In this document: positions 31,128 through 39,763 of the stretch, in pieces
Layout: the number at the start of each line of letters is the position of its first letter
How positions within the stretch are numbered: the stretch's first letter is position 1
Assembly (NCBI GenBank): GCA_965207885.1
Contig: OZ242311.1
Coordinates: 5,216,001 to 5,280,000 of the forward strand
From: Candidatus Latescibacterota bacterium
Lineage (GTDB): Bacteria; Latescibacterota; UBA2968
Direction: 5' to 3'
Length of the DNA: 64,000 bases
Made by a program: the position numbers and the translations under genes
Notes under the pieces: model-generated
What the model was told of the DNA's origin: nothing
Database searches by the model: none
The model's input: the letters and a program-made list of their open reading frames with translations, nothing else

Positions 31128-33221
31128 ATGAGTGAACCCCTAAAAGTATTTATTACTTATTCGCATAAAGACAAAGCTGCAAAGAACACATTGATAGATC
31201 GCCTTGCTGTAATGGTACGACAAGACTTGATAACGATTTGGCACGATAACGAAATCCTCCCAGGCGACAGGTGGTATGAGGACATTTCCAACAACCTTAC
31301 TGATTCGGACATTCTACTCTACCTCGTCTCCGCTTCAAGTCTTGCATCTGAAAACTGCAACAAGGAATTGGCAGACGCATTAAGCGGAAAGATGAGAATC
31401 CTCCCCATTATCCTTGAGGATTGCGATTGGCAAGATCATCAACTCGGAGACATTGAAGCTCTTCCTGACAAAGGCAGAGCCATTAACGAATGGCAACCTG
31501 AGAGCAAAGGCTGGCAAAATGTGGTAGCGGGTCTCCGCAGGATCGTTGGTGAAATGCGAACTCAAGCATCTGATAGTGTCCAAAAAGAAACATTACATGA
31601 ATGGATGTTTCAACAGGGTAACTTTCTGATGATGATAGGGCAAATCGACAAGGCGATAGAAGCCTACTCACATTTAACTGAACGCAACACACACTCTGCC
31701 ACTACCTATAACAATCGCGGTGCTGCTTATCTCAACAAAGGCGCGTATGACCAAGCTATAGCAGACTGCAATAAGGCCATAGAACTTGAACCAGAGCTTG
31801 CCGATGCCTATAACAATCGCGGCATTGCGTACTTCGGTAAAGGCGCGTATGACCGCGCTATCGCAGACTACAACAAGGCCATAGAACTGAACCTAAAATC
31901 TGCCGAAGTCTATAACATCTTCGGTATTGCTGTTTCGGTGCAAGCTCATGTTCATATCCTTCTGCGCCTAAAATTTGCTAAAGCCTATAACAATCGCGGC
32001 AATGCGTACTTTTGTAAAGGCGCGTATGACCGTGCCATTGAGGACTTCAACAAAGCCATAAAACTAAATTTAGAGCTTGCCGAAGCCTATGATAACCGTG
32101 GCAATGCTTACCGCGACAAAGGCGAGGTTGACCGTGCTATCGCTGACCATAGCAAGGCTATAAAATTAAATCCAAATTATGCTCCAGCCTATTACAATCG
32201 TGGCATTGCACACGATAGAAAAGGTGAGATTGACCGCACCATCGCAGACTATAGCGAGGCGATACGACTGAATCCAGAGTTTGTCGCAGCCTATAACAAT
32301 CGAGGCGATGCTTATCTCAGAAAAGGTGAGATTGACCGTGCCATCGCAGACTGCAACAAGGCCATAAGACTGAATCCGGATTACGTCCAAGCCTATTATA
32401 ATCGTGGTAGTGCTTACAACAGTAAAGGCATGTATGACCAAGCCATCGCAGACTATAACAAGGCGAGAAAATTAAAACCGGATTCCCCTGAAATCTATCA
32501 CGATCGCGGTAGTGCTTACGGCAGTAAAGGCATGTATGATCAGGCCATCGCAGATTATAATAAGGCCGTAGAATTGAAACCTGATTATGCCGAAGCCTAT
32601 TACAATCGCAGTAGTGCTTACGGCAGTAAAGGCATGTATGACCAAGCTATCGCAGACTGCAATAAGATCTTAGAACTGAATCCAGAACTTGCTATAGCCT
32701 ATAATAAACGAGGCAATGCTTACTTTGATAAAGGCGATTATGACCAAGCTATCGCAGACTACAGCAAGGCCATAGAATTGAAACCGGATTATGACCAATA
32801 CTATTATAATCGTGGCAATGCTTACGGCAGAAAACGCACGTATAACCGAGCCTTGGCAGACTATAAAAAGGCGATAAGATTAAATCCGGATTCCGCTGAA
32901 GTCTATCACGAGCGCGGCAATATGTATTTTATCAAAGGCGCGGTTGACCGTGCTATCGCAGACTACAACAAAGCCATCAAAGATTATAACAAAGCCATAG
33001 AACTAAAACCGGATTCCGCCATTACCTATTACAATCGCGGTATGTGTTGGCTGCACTTGCAAAATTGGCAAGGAGCCAGATCGGACCTGGCAAATGCCAA
33101 AAATAGGGGCATGAATATTATCGCGGCATTTCGTAACGGTTACAAAAATGTTGGGACATTTGAGCAGCAATATAGTATAAAGTTGCCGGAAGACATCGCG
33201 GCAATGCTGACGCAAGGGTGA
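31128..33221 (+). CDS. TIR domain + TPR repeat protein
   Basis: KVFITYSHKD, IWHD, SENCNKEL TIR motifs, then about 14 repeats of 34 aa (AYNNRG.AY...G.YDQAIADYNKAIELNP). Confidence 0.92.
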   Translation: MSEPLKVFITYSHKDKAAKNTLIDRLAVMVRQDLITIWHDNEILPGDRWYEDISNNLTDSDILLYLVSASSLASENCNKELADALSGKMRILPIILEDCDWQDHQLGDIEALPDKGRAINEWQPESKGWQNVVAGLRRIVGEMRTQASDSVQKETLHEWMFQQGNFLMMIGQIDKAIEAYSHLTERNTHSATTYNNRGAAYLNKGAYDQAIADCNKAIELEPELADAYNNRGIAYFGKGAYDRAIADYNKAIELNLKSAEVYNIFGIAVSVQAHVHILLRLKFAKAYNNRGNAYFCKGAYDRAIEDFNKAIKLNLELAEAYDNRGNAYRDKGEVDRAIADHSKAIKLNPNYAPAYYNRGIAHDRKGEIDRTIADYSEAIRLNPEFVAAYNNRGDAYLRKGEIDRAIADCNKAIRLNPDYVQAYYNRGSAYNSKGMYDQAIADYNKARKLKPDSPEIYHDRGSAYGSKGMYDQAIADYNKAVELKPDYAEAYYNRSSAYGSKGMYDQAIADCNKILELNPELAIAYNKRGNAYFDKGDYDQAIADYSKAIELKPDYDQYYYNRGNAYGRKRTYNRALADYKKAIRLNPDSAEVYHERGNMYFIKGAVDRAIADYNKAIKDYNKAIELKPDSAITYYNRGMCWLHLQNWQGARSDLANAKNRGMNIIAAFRNGYKNVGTFEQQYSIKLPEDIAAMLTQG
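31690..33080 (+). repeat. Tandem ~102-bp TPR-coding repeats
   Basis: Recurrent tataacaatcgcgg / gaccaagctatcgcagac units at about 102-bp period. Confidence 0.85.
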
Positions 33222-33289
33222 CAGACGCCACGAGCAGAAAATTGATATTATAAAAGCGGTTTTGTATTGTTCCAAATTTTAATCAGGTC

Positions 33290-33317
33290 TTGACGCTAAA
33301 CAGATGTACAGTATAAT
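33290..33317 (+). promoter_or_regulatory. Sigma70-type promoter
   Basis: TTGACG-16 bp-TATAAT upstream of the small GIY-YIG-like gene. Confidence 0.7.
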
Positions 33318-33382
33318 TTAGCAAGTAATCGCCATAGTGAAGGCGGATCAAATTTTAGAATGTATTGAGGAGATCTAATAAC

Positions 33383-33604
33383 ATGGCAACCAGCAGAACC
33401 ATTTACAAATACCACTTTAAGTTGGGCAATCGAATTGTCCACACGGGCATCACAAGAGATATTGATCGCCGCGAGGCCGAGCATCAGCAAAAACCCGGCT
33501 GGGGCAGAGGCCACATTGTACAGGTTGGTTTTCGCACCACTCAGGAAGCCGCACTACAATGGGAAGCGGAACAACGGCGACTTGGCAAGCCGACAGGGCC
33601 GTAA
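33383..33604 (+). CDS. Small GIY-YIG-like protein (73 aa)
   Basis: GAGGAG RBS; IYKY...VHTGITRDIDRREAEH...AALQWE matches Y-x-Y / G-x-T / R-x-x-x-H / E spacing. Confidence 0.6.
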   Translation: MATSRTIYKYHFKLGNRIVHTGITRDIDRREAEHQQKPGWGRGHIVQVGFRTTQEAALQWEAEQRRLGKPTGP

Positions 33605-33714
33605 TGACCGATGTCGTTGCGTGATGTCCGCGACAAAGCGTACAGCATTAAGTAGTCTATCCTAAAATCAGTCGGGTAAAACATCCGCAACCAGCTATCA
33701 CAGGGAATACCGCG

Positions 33715-34038
33715 ATGACAACCAAAACACAGACAGATGCAGTTGCAAATATCGTTAGGGAAACATTGGCCCAACGCTTCAAAGACGAATTTGTATTCGA
33801 TCCGATTATTGTAGAGCCTAAAATAGATCACGATGAAGACAAGTATCTGAATATTACTATCGTATTCGATGGAGATCAGAAACGTCTGGACGCGGGATGG
33901 ACTCTTGGCCTGACCAGACGCATCCGTCCAAAGCTGATGGAAAAGGGAATAGACGACTTTCTATTCCTGAGTAAGTCATTTGTCGAGAAGTCTGAATGGG
34001 AAGCAGTCCAGGAAGGTCGATACTTTGAACCAGCATGA
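33715..34038 (+). CDS. Hypothetical 107-aa protein, possible nucleotidyltransferase-like antitoxin
   Basis: DHDEDKYLNITIVFDG acidic beta-strand pattern and SFV.KSEW end; resemblance from recall only. Confidence 0.5.
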   Translation: MTTKTQTDAVANIVRETLAQRFKDEFVFDPIIVEPKIDHDEDKYLNITIVFDGDQKRLDAGWTLGLTRRIRPKLMEKGIDDFLFLSKSFVEKSEWEAVQEGRYFEPA

Positions 34039-34100
34039 TTGCCAGACAACTGGCACAAGGAACGAATAGAGACCGCCTCCACCAAAGAAGAGGTAAATAG
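34025..34100 (+). pseudogene. Possible truncated remnant of a HEPN-like partner gene
   Basis: LNQHD then, in another frame, IARQLAQGTNRDRLHQ; overlaps the upstream stop; ends after about 25 codons. Confidence 0.35.
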
Positions 34101-34102
34101 TC

Positions 34103-35296
34103 ATGTCTGAAGAGAAAACATTTTTAGAGAAAGTTCATATCAAAAACTTTCTTAGCTTGCGCGATGTTGAACTTCCACTAAAGCCTTTAACAGTTCTCGT
34201 CGGACCAAATGCAAGTGGAAAATCGAATATCTTGAATGCATTGCAACTTCTCAAGGTAATGATGGTTAGTGAAAATCTTCCTCCTGTTGAATTTATCCAA
34301 AGTCGCTTTTGGGCAGGAGAAGCAAACCACATCACGTTTCGATTACAAACTAACGCGGAAGAAACCGAAACTGAATACAAACTGAGGCTGAAAGCTGAAG
34401 CCCGCCATCCTTTTGATGTGGAAGAATTATTAGTCAACTCTGTAAAAGCTATATCAATTCAGAATGGACAGGGCATTGTTCAGGATGAAGATGGCGAGAA
34501 CGAGACACAATACAGGTCCAATAAACTCGCTTTGAAGTCGGCTGGAGATTATGGAAATAAGCCTATTACAAGAGCTTTAACGGAGTTTATTAAGGGTTGG
34601 GAATTTTATGATTTTCAACCAGAGCTAATACGAAGACATTTAGAGGGATTTCCATTTATAATAGAGAATATCCCATCGGGAGAGTTGAGTGAGTCTCCAA
34701 AGCTCGATGATGACGGTTCGACATTATCGGAGTTACTCTCGTATTGGCATGAAAACACGCCTGACCGTTTCCACAGTGTGAGCAAATCCCTCGCAGCTTC
34801 TACAAATATCAGAATAGCTCAAAGCGAAATTGACGGAGATAACCAGCTCTGCCTTTTAGAAGGATACAAGCAACCGATACCTTTGAAGAGAGCATCTGAC
34901 GGCACATTGCGTCTCGTTGCATATTACATCTTGCTTAACGAACCAGAATTACCGCCACTTATTGCTATCGAAGAACCAGAGCGGAATCTACACCCTGGCG
35001 CTTTGACGGACATAACAAATGTACTGGAGCAAATTTCTGAACACGCCCAGGTAATTATCACAACCCATAGCTCTCAACTTCTTGATGCTTTTAGTCCTGA
35101 GAACTTATCGGATTCGCTCGGCGTTTTACTCTTACGCAACATTCCCGGACACGGCACAGAAGTTATCAACCTTGAGGATATCCGCGGTGATCGAGTAGCA
35201 CTGGACGGTTGGATTCAGGATTTCGGCATTGGCAGTGCTATTTTCGATAGTGGATTGCTACAAGATCTGATGGAGGAGCCAGCGTGCCAAACATAA
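34103..35296 (+). CDS. ABC-type (AAA_21 / AbiEii-like) ATPase
   Basis: IKNFLS, GPNASGKS, ASDGTLR signature, IEEPE, TTHS. Confidence 0.9.
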   Translation: MSEEKTFLEKVHIKNFLSLRDVELPLKPLTVLVGPNASGKSNILNALQLLKVMMVSENLPPVEFIQSRFWAGEANHITFRLQTNAEETETEYKLRLKAEARHPFDVEELLVNSVKAISIQNGQGIVQDEDGENETQYRSNKLALKSAGDYGNKPITRALTEFIKGWEFYDFQPELIRRHLEGFPFIIENIPSGELSESPKLDDDGSTLSELLSYWHENTPDRFHSVSKSLAASTNIRIAQSEIDGDNQLCLLEGYKQPIPLKRASDGTLRLVAYYILLNEPELPPLIAIEEPERNLHPGALTDITNVLEQISEHAQVIITTHSSQLLDAFSPENLSDSLGVLLLRNIPGHGTEVINLEDIRGDRVALDGWIQDFGIGSAIFDSGLLQDLMEEPACQT

Positions 35297-36024
35297 GAAA
35301 TTGGACTTTGGAATCAGACATTGATGCCAAAGCGGTTGAATGTTTGGCAAATAAGCTGGTGAGACATCTGGAACTTGAGAATCTATCTATCCAAACTGTA
35401 GGTCCACAGGCAGTCCCAAAGCGAAATCAAAGAGGTGCATCTCCAAGCGATATACTGGGGATGGCAGTTCAGAATTATCTTAAACAAGATGATTGTGTTA
35501 TTTTCGTTATCGACAGCGATGGGCCGATGTCAGCACATCAACGACGACAAGAATCCAATTCCCTTATCAATCAAATCACGCGGGTTGTTGAGAACAGCCG
35601 TTTTAATGGCAAAGTATTTCTCGTACAGGCTGTTCAGGAACTCGAAGCGTGGTTGTTGATTGATTGTCTTGGAATTTTCTGTTATTTCGCCAGCAAAGTC
35701 GCACAGTACAGGGAAAATTGCCGTGATCGTGTTTCCGCAAACCAATCTTTCAGGCGATTGGTCGGTAGTTACCAAAAAGGCAATACAGAAAAGATAGTCG
35801 AAGCGGAAATAGGAGGCAAAGGTGCCAAAGAATACTTGATTGAATTCTCTAAAAAAATTCTGCCTGCACTCAATCCAAACAAGACTCTCAGGAACATCAC
35901 CCGTGAGCAGTATCGTGAAAACATGTCACCCGAAATAGCTGAATATGTGCTCATTGACCAACAAACATTAAAATGCAACAATTCTCTCCGCAAACTGGGA
36001 ACCGTACTCGCTAAATTCCAGTGA
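35284..36024 (+). CDS. DUF4276/TOPRIM-like partner of the ATPase
   Basis: N-terminal ESDID, FVIDSD, QELEAWLL; overlaps the ATPase stop. Confidence 0.65.
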   Translation: MPNIRNWTLESDIDAKAVECLANKLVRHLELENLSIQTVGPQAVPKRNQRGASPSDILGMAVQNYLKQDDCVIFVIDSDGPMSAHQRRQESNSLINQITRVVENSRFNGKVFLVQAVQELEAWLLIDCLGIFCYFASKVAQYRENCRDRVSANQSFRRLVGSYQKGNTEKIVEAEIGGKGAKEYLIEFSKKILPALNPNKTLRNITREQYRENMSPEIAEYVLIDQQTLKCNNSLRKLGTVLAKFQ

Positions 36025-36037
36025 GTGGAGTAGTCAT

Positions 36038-36180
36038 TGGTCTTAAAAAAATTCGCTAATATTTGTTATTCTTATTTGACAGACTGGATTGCGGCTAAAA
36101 CCATGCCGCAATGACAGGCAAAACTCTGGATCGCGGTTCAAGCATGTCCCTGTATGCTTTAAGCAGGGACCGCGATGACG
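36038..36180. repeat. REP-like palindromic element, copy A
   Basis: Two CTGGAT(T/C)GCGG...CCGC(A/G)ATGAC hairpin units; first ~75 bp shared with 58903-58975. Confidence 0.75.
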
Positions 36181-36203
36181 GTTCTGTTGAGAGGAAATGC
36201 GCC

Positions 36204-37594
36204 ATGGCTGAAAAGCTCTGGGGAGGGCGATTTGCGGGGTCGACTGAAAAACTAATGGAAAAGTTCAATGCATCCATTGGTTTTGATCGGCGTCTGTACA
36301 AAATGGATATTGAAGGCAGCCGAGCGCACGCCCGCGCATTGACCCGAATGGGTGTCTTAACAAAACAGGAACTGGAACAGGTCCTCAAAGGTCTAAATCG
36401 CGTGGAGCATGAACTCGACGCGGGCACCTTGCCATTGACGGATGATCTGGAAGACATACACACCGCAGTGGAAAAGCGCTTGACGGAACTGGTCGGCGAT
36501 GCCGGCGCGAAAATTCACACGGGACGCAGCCGCAACGATCAAGTCGCCCTGGATGAGCGTCTATACTTGCGCGAAACAGTCGCCAACACCCTCGCGCAGA
36601 TCGAGCAGTTAATGGGCGTAGTATTAGACGTTGCCGAAGAACACCTCGATATCCTGATGCCGGGATATACGCACGTCCAACAGGCACAACCGATCCGATT
36701 TTCGCATTATGCCATGGCCCTGTTCTGGATGTTGGCACGCGACCACTCGCGCTTTGAAGACTGCTGGAAACGCGCCAATGCCATGCCCCTGGGATCGGGC
36801 GCATTAGCGGGAAGTGCGTATCCGGTTGACCGAGAATTTTTGCGCGAGGAACTGGGGTTTGATCGCATCACTGAAAACAGCATCGATGCAGTCAGTGATC
36901 GCGATTATTTCCTCGAGTATTTATCGGCATCATCCATCTTGATGGCACACTTGAGCCGCTTTTGCGAAGATCTGATCATCTGGTCGTCTTCTGAATTTGG
37001 ATTTGTCGAACTGGACGACGCCTTCAGCACCGGATCGAGCATGATGCCGCAAAAAAAGAATCCCGATTCACTGGAATTGGTACGCGGCAAAACCGGACGC
37101 GTGTACGGCAATTTGATGTCTCTGCTCACCGCGATGAAAGGCGTATCGCTGGCTTATGCCAAAGACATGCAAGAAGACAAAGAACCCGTCTTTGACACGC
37201 AGAAACCGTGCAGATGTCCCTATCGGTCTTTGCGGGTGTATGGCAGACCATGAAAATCAAAGGCGAGCGGATGGCCGATGCCATAGACGGCACCATTTTA
37301 GCTACCGACCTGGCCGATTATCTGGTGCGAAAGGGTGTACCTTTTCGCCAATGTCACCGCATCGTTGGAGAACTGGTAAAAACCGCTCTGGCGCGCGGAC
37401 AAAAATTAGAAGAATTGGACCTGCCGACATTGCGCGCGGCATCTGAGGTATTTGACACCGATGTGCAAGCCGTATTGTCCGCAGAAGCCAGTACAGCACA
37501 GCGCAATCTGGATGGCGGAACAGGACGCGACTCTGTTTTGAGGCAGATCGAAGTAGGACGGCGTTTGCTGACCGATGGAGAGGCGTCTGGATGA
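36204..37594 (+). CDS. argH: Argininosuccinate lyase with a 1-bp frameshift near 37198 (sequence error or pseudogene)
   Basis: LWGGRF, GRSRNDQ, GSSMMPQKKNPD, DMQEDKE; C-terminus (ATDLADYLVRKGVPFR) continues in the 37208 ORF; adding one base restores FDTAETVQM. Confidence 0.92.
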
Positions 37595-38229
37595 AGCGTT
37601 TTCACGAGCGGGATGTGCGGCGTTTTTACGATTTGCTTCAGCACAAGTCAGATTTGGGACTCACGCAACTCAATGTACTGGATGGCGAAAATCTGATCGG
37701 CGTGGGACTATTTGACAATGAAGACGATTTTGTCTCTGAGTGTTCGCGCTACAATACGTTGGGCCTTCTTCAAGCTGGCGTGAACCCCCGGTCATCACAT
37801 CTTTTAGACAGCTACGGCGGGCTGCAAAATCGCATTCGCACGCTATTTAGCGATGTGGTATCCAAAGAGGATATTGCTTGTGTAACAGGTGTTGTCATAT
37901 CGGAACCCGGCCAAATAACCGAAGCCGCACTGGCATATCAAAAAGATATATCCATATTGGGAGATGGTGCGCTATTTTTTCCTATGGATAGGGAAATTCC
38001 CATCGAAAATAGTCGGCCAAATCGCACGGCCAGACAAATTGCAGAATGGTTTTTGGGAGAGGCGACATTGTCCAGAATTGATCTGACCAGCATGGTTTCC
38101 GTGCCCGGTACATCAGACCCTGAAGGCACCTGGTTTCACCCCCGCCTGCAATTTCGCAAGTATCGCCCATATATTTTAGATGGCATTTCCGAGTCAATTA
38201 GTGGTGAAAGAGGAGAATTTCATGATTAA
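37591..38229 (+). CDS. Hypothetical protein, possibly a degenerate AEP/RepB-primase-like fold
   Basis: ATGA-coupled to argH; GLFD...YN..G...GVNPR and DL..MVSVPGT resemble primase motifs. Confidence 0.5.
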   Translation: MKRFHERDVRRFYDLLQHKSDLGLTQLNVLDGENLIGVGLFDNEDDFVSECSRYNTLGLLQAGVNPRSSHLLDSYGGLQNRIRTLFSDVVSKEDIACVTGVVISEPGQITEAALAYQKDISILGDGALFFPMDREIPIENSRPNRTARQIAEWFLGEATLSRIDLTSMVSVPGTSDPEGTWFHPRLQFRKYRPYILDGISESISGERGEFHD

Positions 38230-39184
38230 AAAATCGGTTTCATTGATTACTGCGATGTGCTTTTTGCTTTTTTCGATTTGCCCTATTCCGGCAGCCGAAA
38301 GCAAAAAAGAAACGCAATACGAACGCGGGATTTACGAATTGGGAAATGATGGATGGGAGATTGTCGATGTGGGGCATGTATCGGGCACGCGCATTGTGTT
38401 AAGCTCCCGGGTGGGGTCTCAAATAGATTTAGAAGAAAGCAATCGCTACGCTTTATTTCAGGGGGCAACCGTTTATACTCAAAAAATAGATCTTCCGATC
38501 TTGCATCTGGGCGTAGCGGGATTTCAATTTGCCGAGTTTATGAAGCAAGACAATGGCAAACTCGCCATTAAAATTCAATATCGATCAGGCCCTCGCATTG
38601 AAACGCGGCTGGTGAATGTGCAAAGTGAAAATGATCTGCGCCGCTTGAGAGAATACATCGAACATTTCGATGAAATCGTAAAAGGCGAATACACACTGAC
38701 AGACTCGTCCAAAATAGACGAGACCTATCCGCAATATACCGAGGATGCCATTTCTTTTGAAGAACGCAGAGTGCGTTTTCGATTACAAACGCGCTTTCCC
38801 GGAATGGTCACCCTGAAGGATAAAAAACAAATCAAAGGCGAATTTTTGCCCGCCTATGAAGATGATAATATTTTGATCGAGACGGAATTGAACGTTCAAA
38901 AGGTCCCTGTAGATGAAATTCACAAAGTGCAATTCTTTGGGGAACGCGGCTCCGTGGCGATGGAACGGGCAATTGTACAGGGAATTGGTGGTGCTGCAAT
39001 GGGTGCATTAACCGGAGCACTTGCCGCCTGGCAGACCAATGCCGACGTCAAAGAGACGACAATCTGGGCCGCAGCAATTTTTGGCATCTTTGGTTTTGTA
39101 AGCGGACTGGTAACAGGTGCCAGAGCCACGCAAAGTGGCAAGACCTTCACACTGGGACCTGTTGAGGGCGACAAGCGGAGATAA
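38222..39184 (+). CDS. Exported hypothetical protein with C-terminal glycine-rich TM hairpin
   Basis: GAGGAG RBS, signal peptide, GIGGAAMGALTGALAA segment. Confidence 0.7.
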   Translation: MIKKSVSLITAMCFLLFSICPIPAAESKKETQYERGIYELGNDGWEIVDVGHVSGTRIVLSSRVGSQIDLEESNRYALFQGATVYTQKIDLPILHLGVAGFQFAEFMKQDNGKLAIKIQYRSGPRIETRLVNVQSENDLRRLREYIEHFDEIVKGEYTLTDSSKIDETYPQYTEDAISFEERRVRFRLQTRFPGMVTLKDKKQIKGEFLPAYEDDNILIETELNVQKVPVDEIHKVQFFGERGSVAMERAIVQGIGGAAMGALTGALAAWQTNADVKETTIWAAAIFGIFGFVSGLVTGARATQSGKTFTLGPVEGDKRR

Positions 39185-39188
39185 CTCA

Positions 39189-39710
39189 ATGACAATTTTG
39201 CCCTATAAGGACAAAACGCCTCAAATCGACCCGTCTGCTTATATCGCACCCGGTGCCGTAGTGATTGGCGATGTGGTAATCAGTGCCCGCGCGAGTATCT
39301 GGTTCAATGCCGTGATTCGAGGCGATGTTGAACCCATTGTAATCGGTGAAGGCACAAATATCCAGGATGGCACTGTCGTGCATACCGACCCGGGCTACCC
39401 CTGTAATGTCGGCAAAAATGTGACCGTGGGGCACAATGCGATCTTGCACGGTTGTCGAATAGAACAGGGCGTAACCATCGGAATGGGAGCAACCGTATTG
39501 ACTGGCTCAGCAGTAGGTGAATCCGCGCTGGTGGCTGCCCACGCGCTGATATTGGAAGGGGCAGAAGTCGAGCCGCGCACACTCGTCGCCGGTGTGCCCG
39601 CCAAACCGCGCCGCACATTATCAGAAGACGAGATCGCGCGCTTGTTGAACAATACCAGAAGATACCAGAAACGGCGTCTGCTTTATATGGGTGACTACTC
39701 CCAACGATAG
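39189..39710 (+). CDS. Gamma carbonic anhydrase family hexapeptide-repeat protein; last codons supplied by the inserted element
   Basis: IGDV, IRGD, TNIQDG.VVH, VGHNAILHGC. Confidence 0.92.
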   Translation: MTILPYKDKTPQIDPSAYIAPGAVVIGDVVISARASIWFNAVIRGDVEPIVIGEGTNIQDGTVVHTDPGYPCNVGKNVTVGHNAILHGCRIEQGVTIGMGATVLTGSAVGESALVAAHALILEGAEVEPRTLVAGVPAKPRRTLSEDEIARLLNNTRRYQKRRLLYMGDYSQR

Positions 39711-39763
39711 AGCAGTTGGGCTTCTTGGCGGTCAATCCGCCTGACGTTGTAGCCCCAACGTCA
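39671..39763 (-). ncRNA. 3' part of predicted TnpB omegaRNA (reRNA) plus guide; 5' end undetermined
   Basis: Three consecutive hairpins (39742-39763, 39727-39741, 39700-39720) ending at TCAC; flanking 20 nt form the guide, as established for IS605 TnpB. Confidence 0.65.

Noticed and set aside
31690-33080. Periodic repeats as a CRISPR array
   Set aside because: In-frame degenerate 102-bp TPR units, no unique spacers, no cas genes
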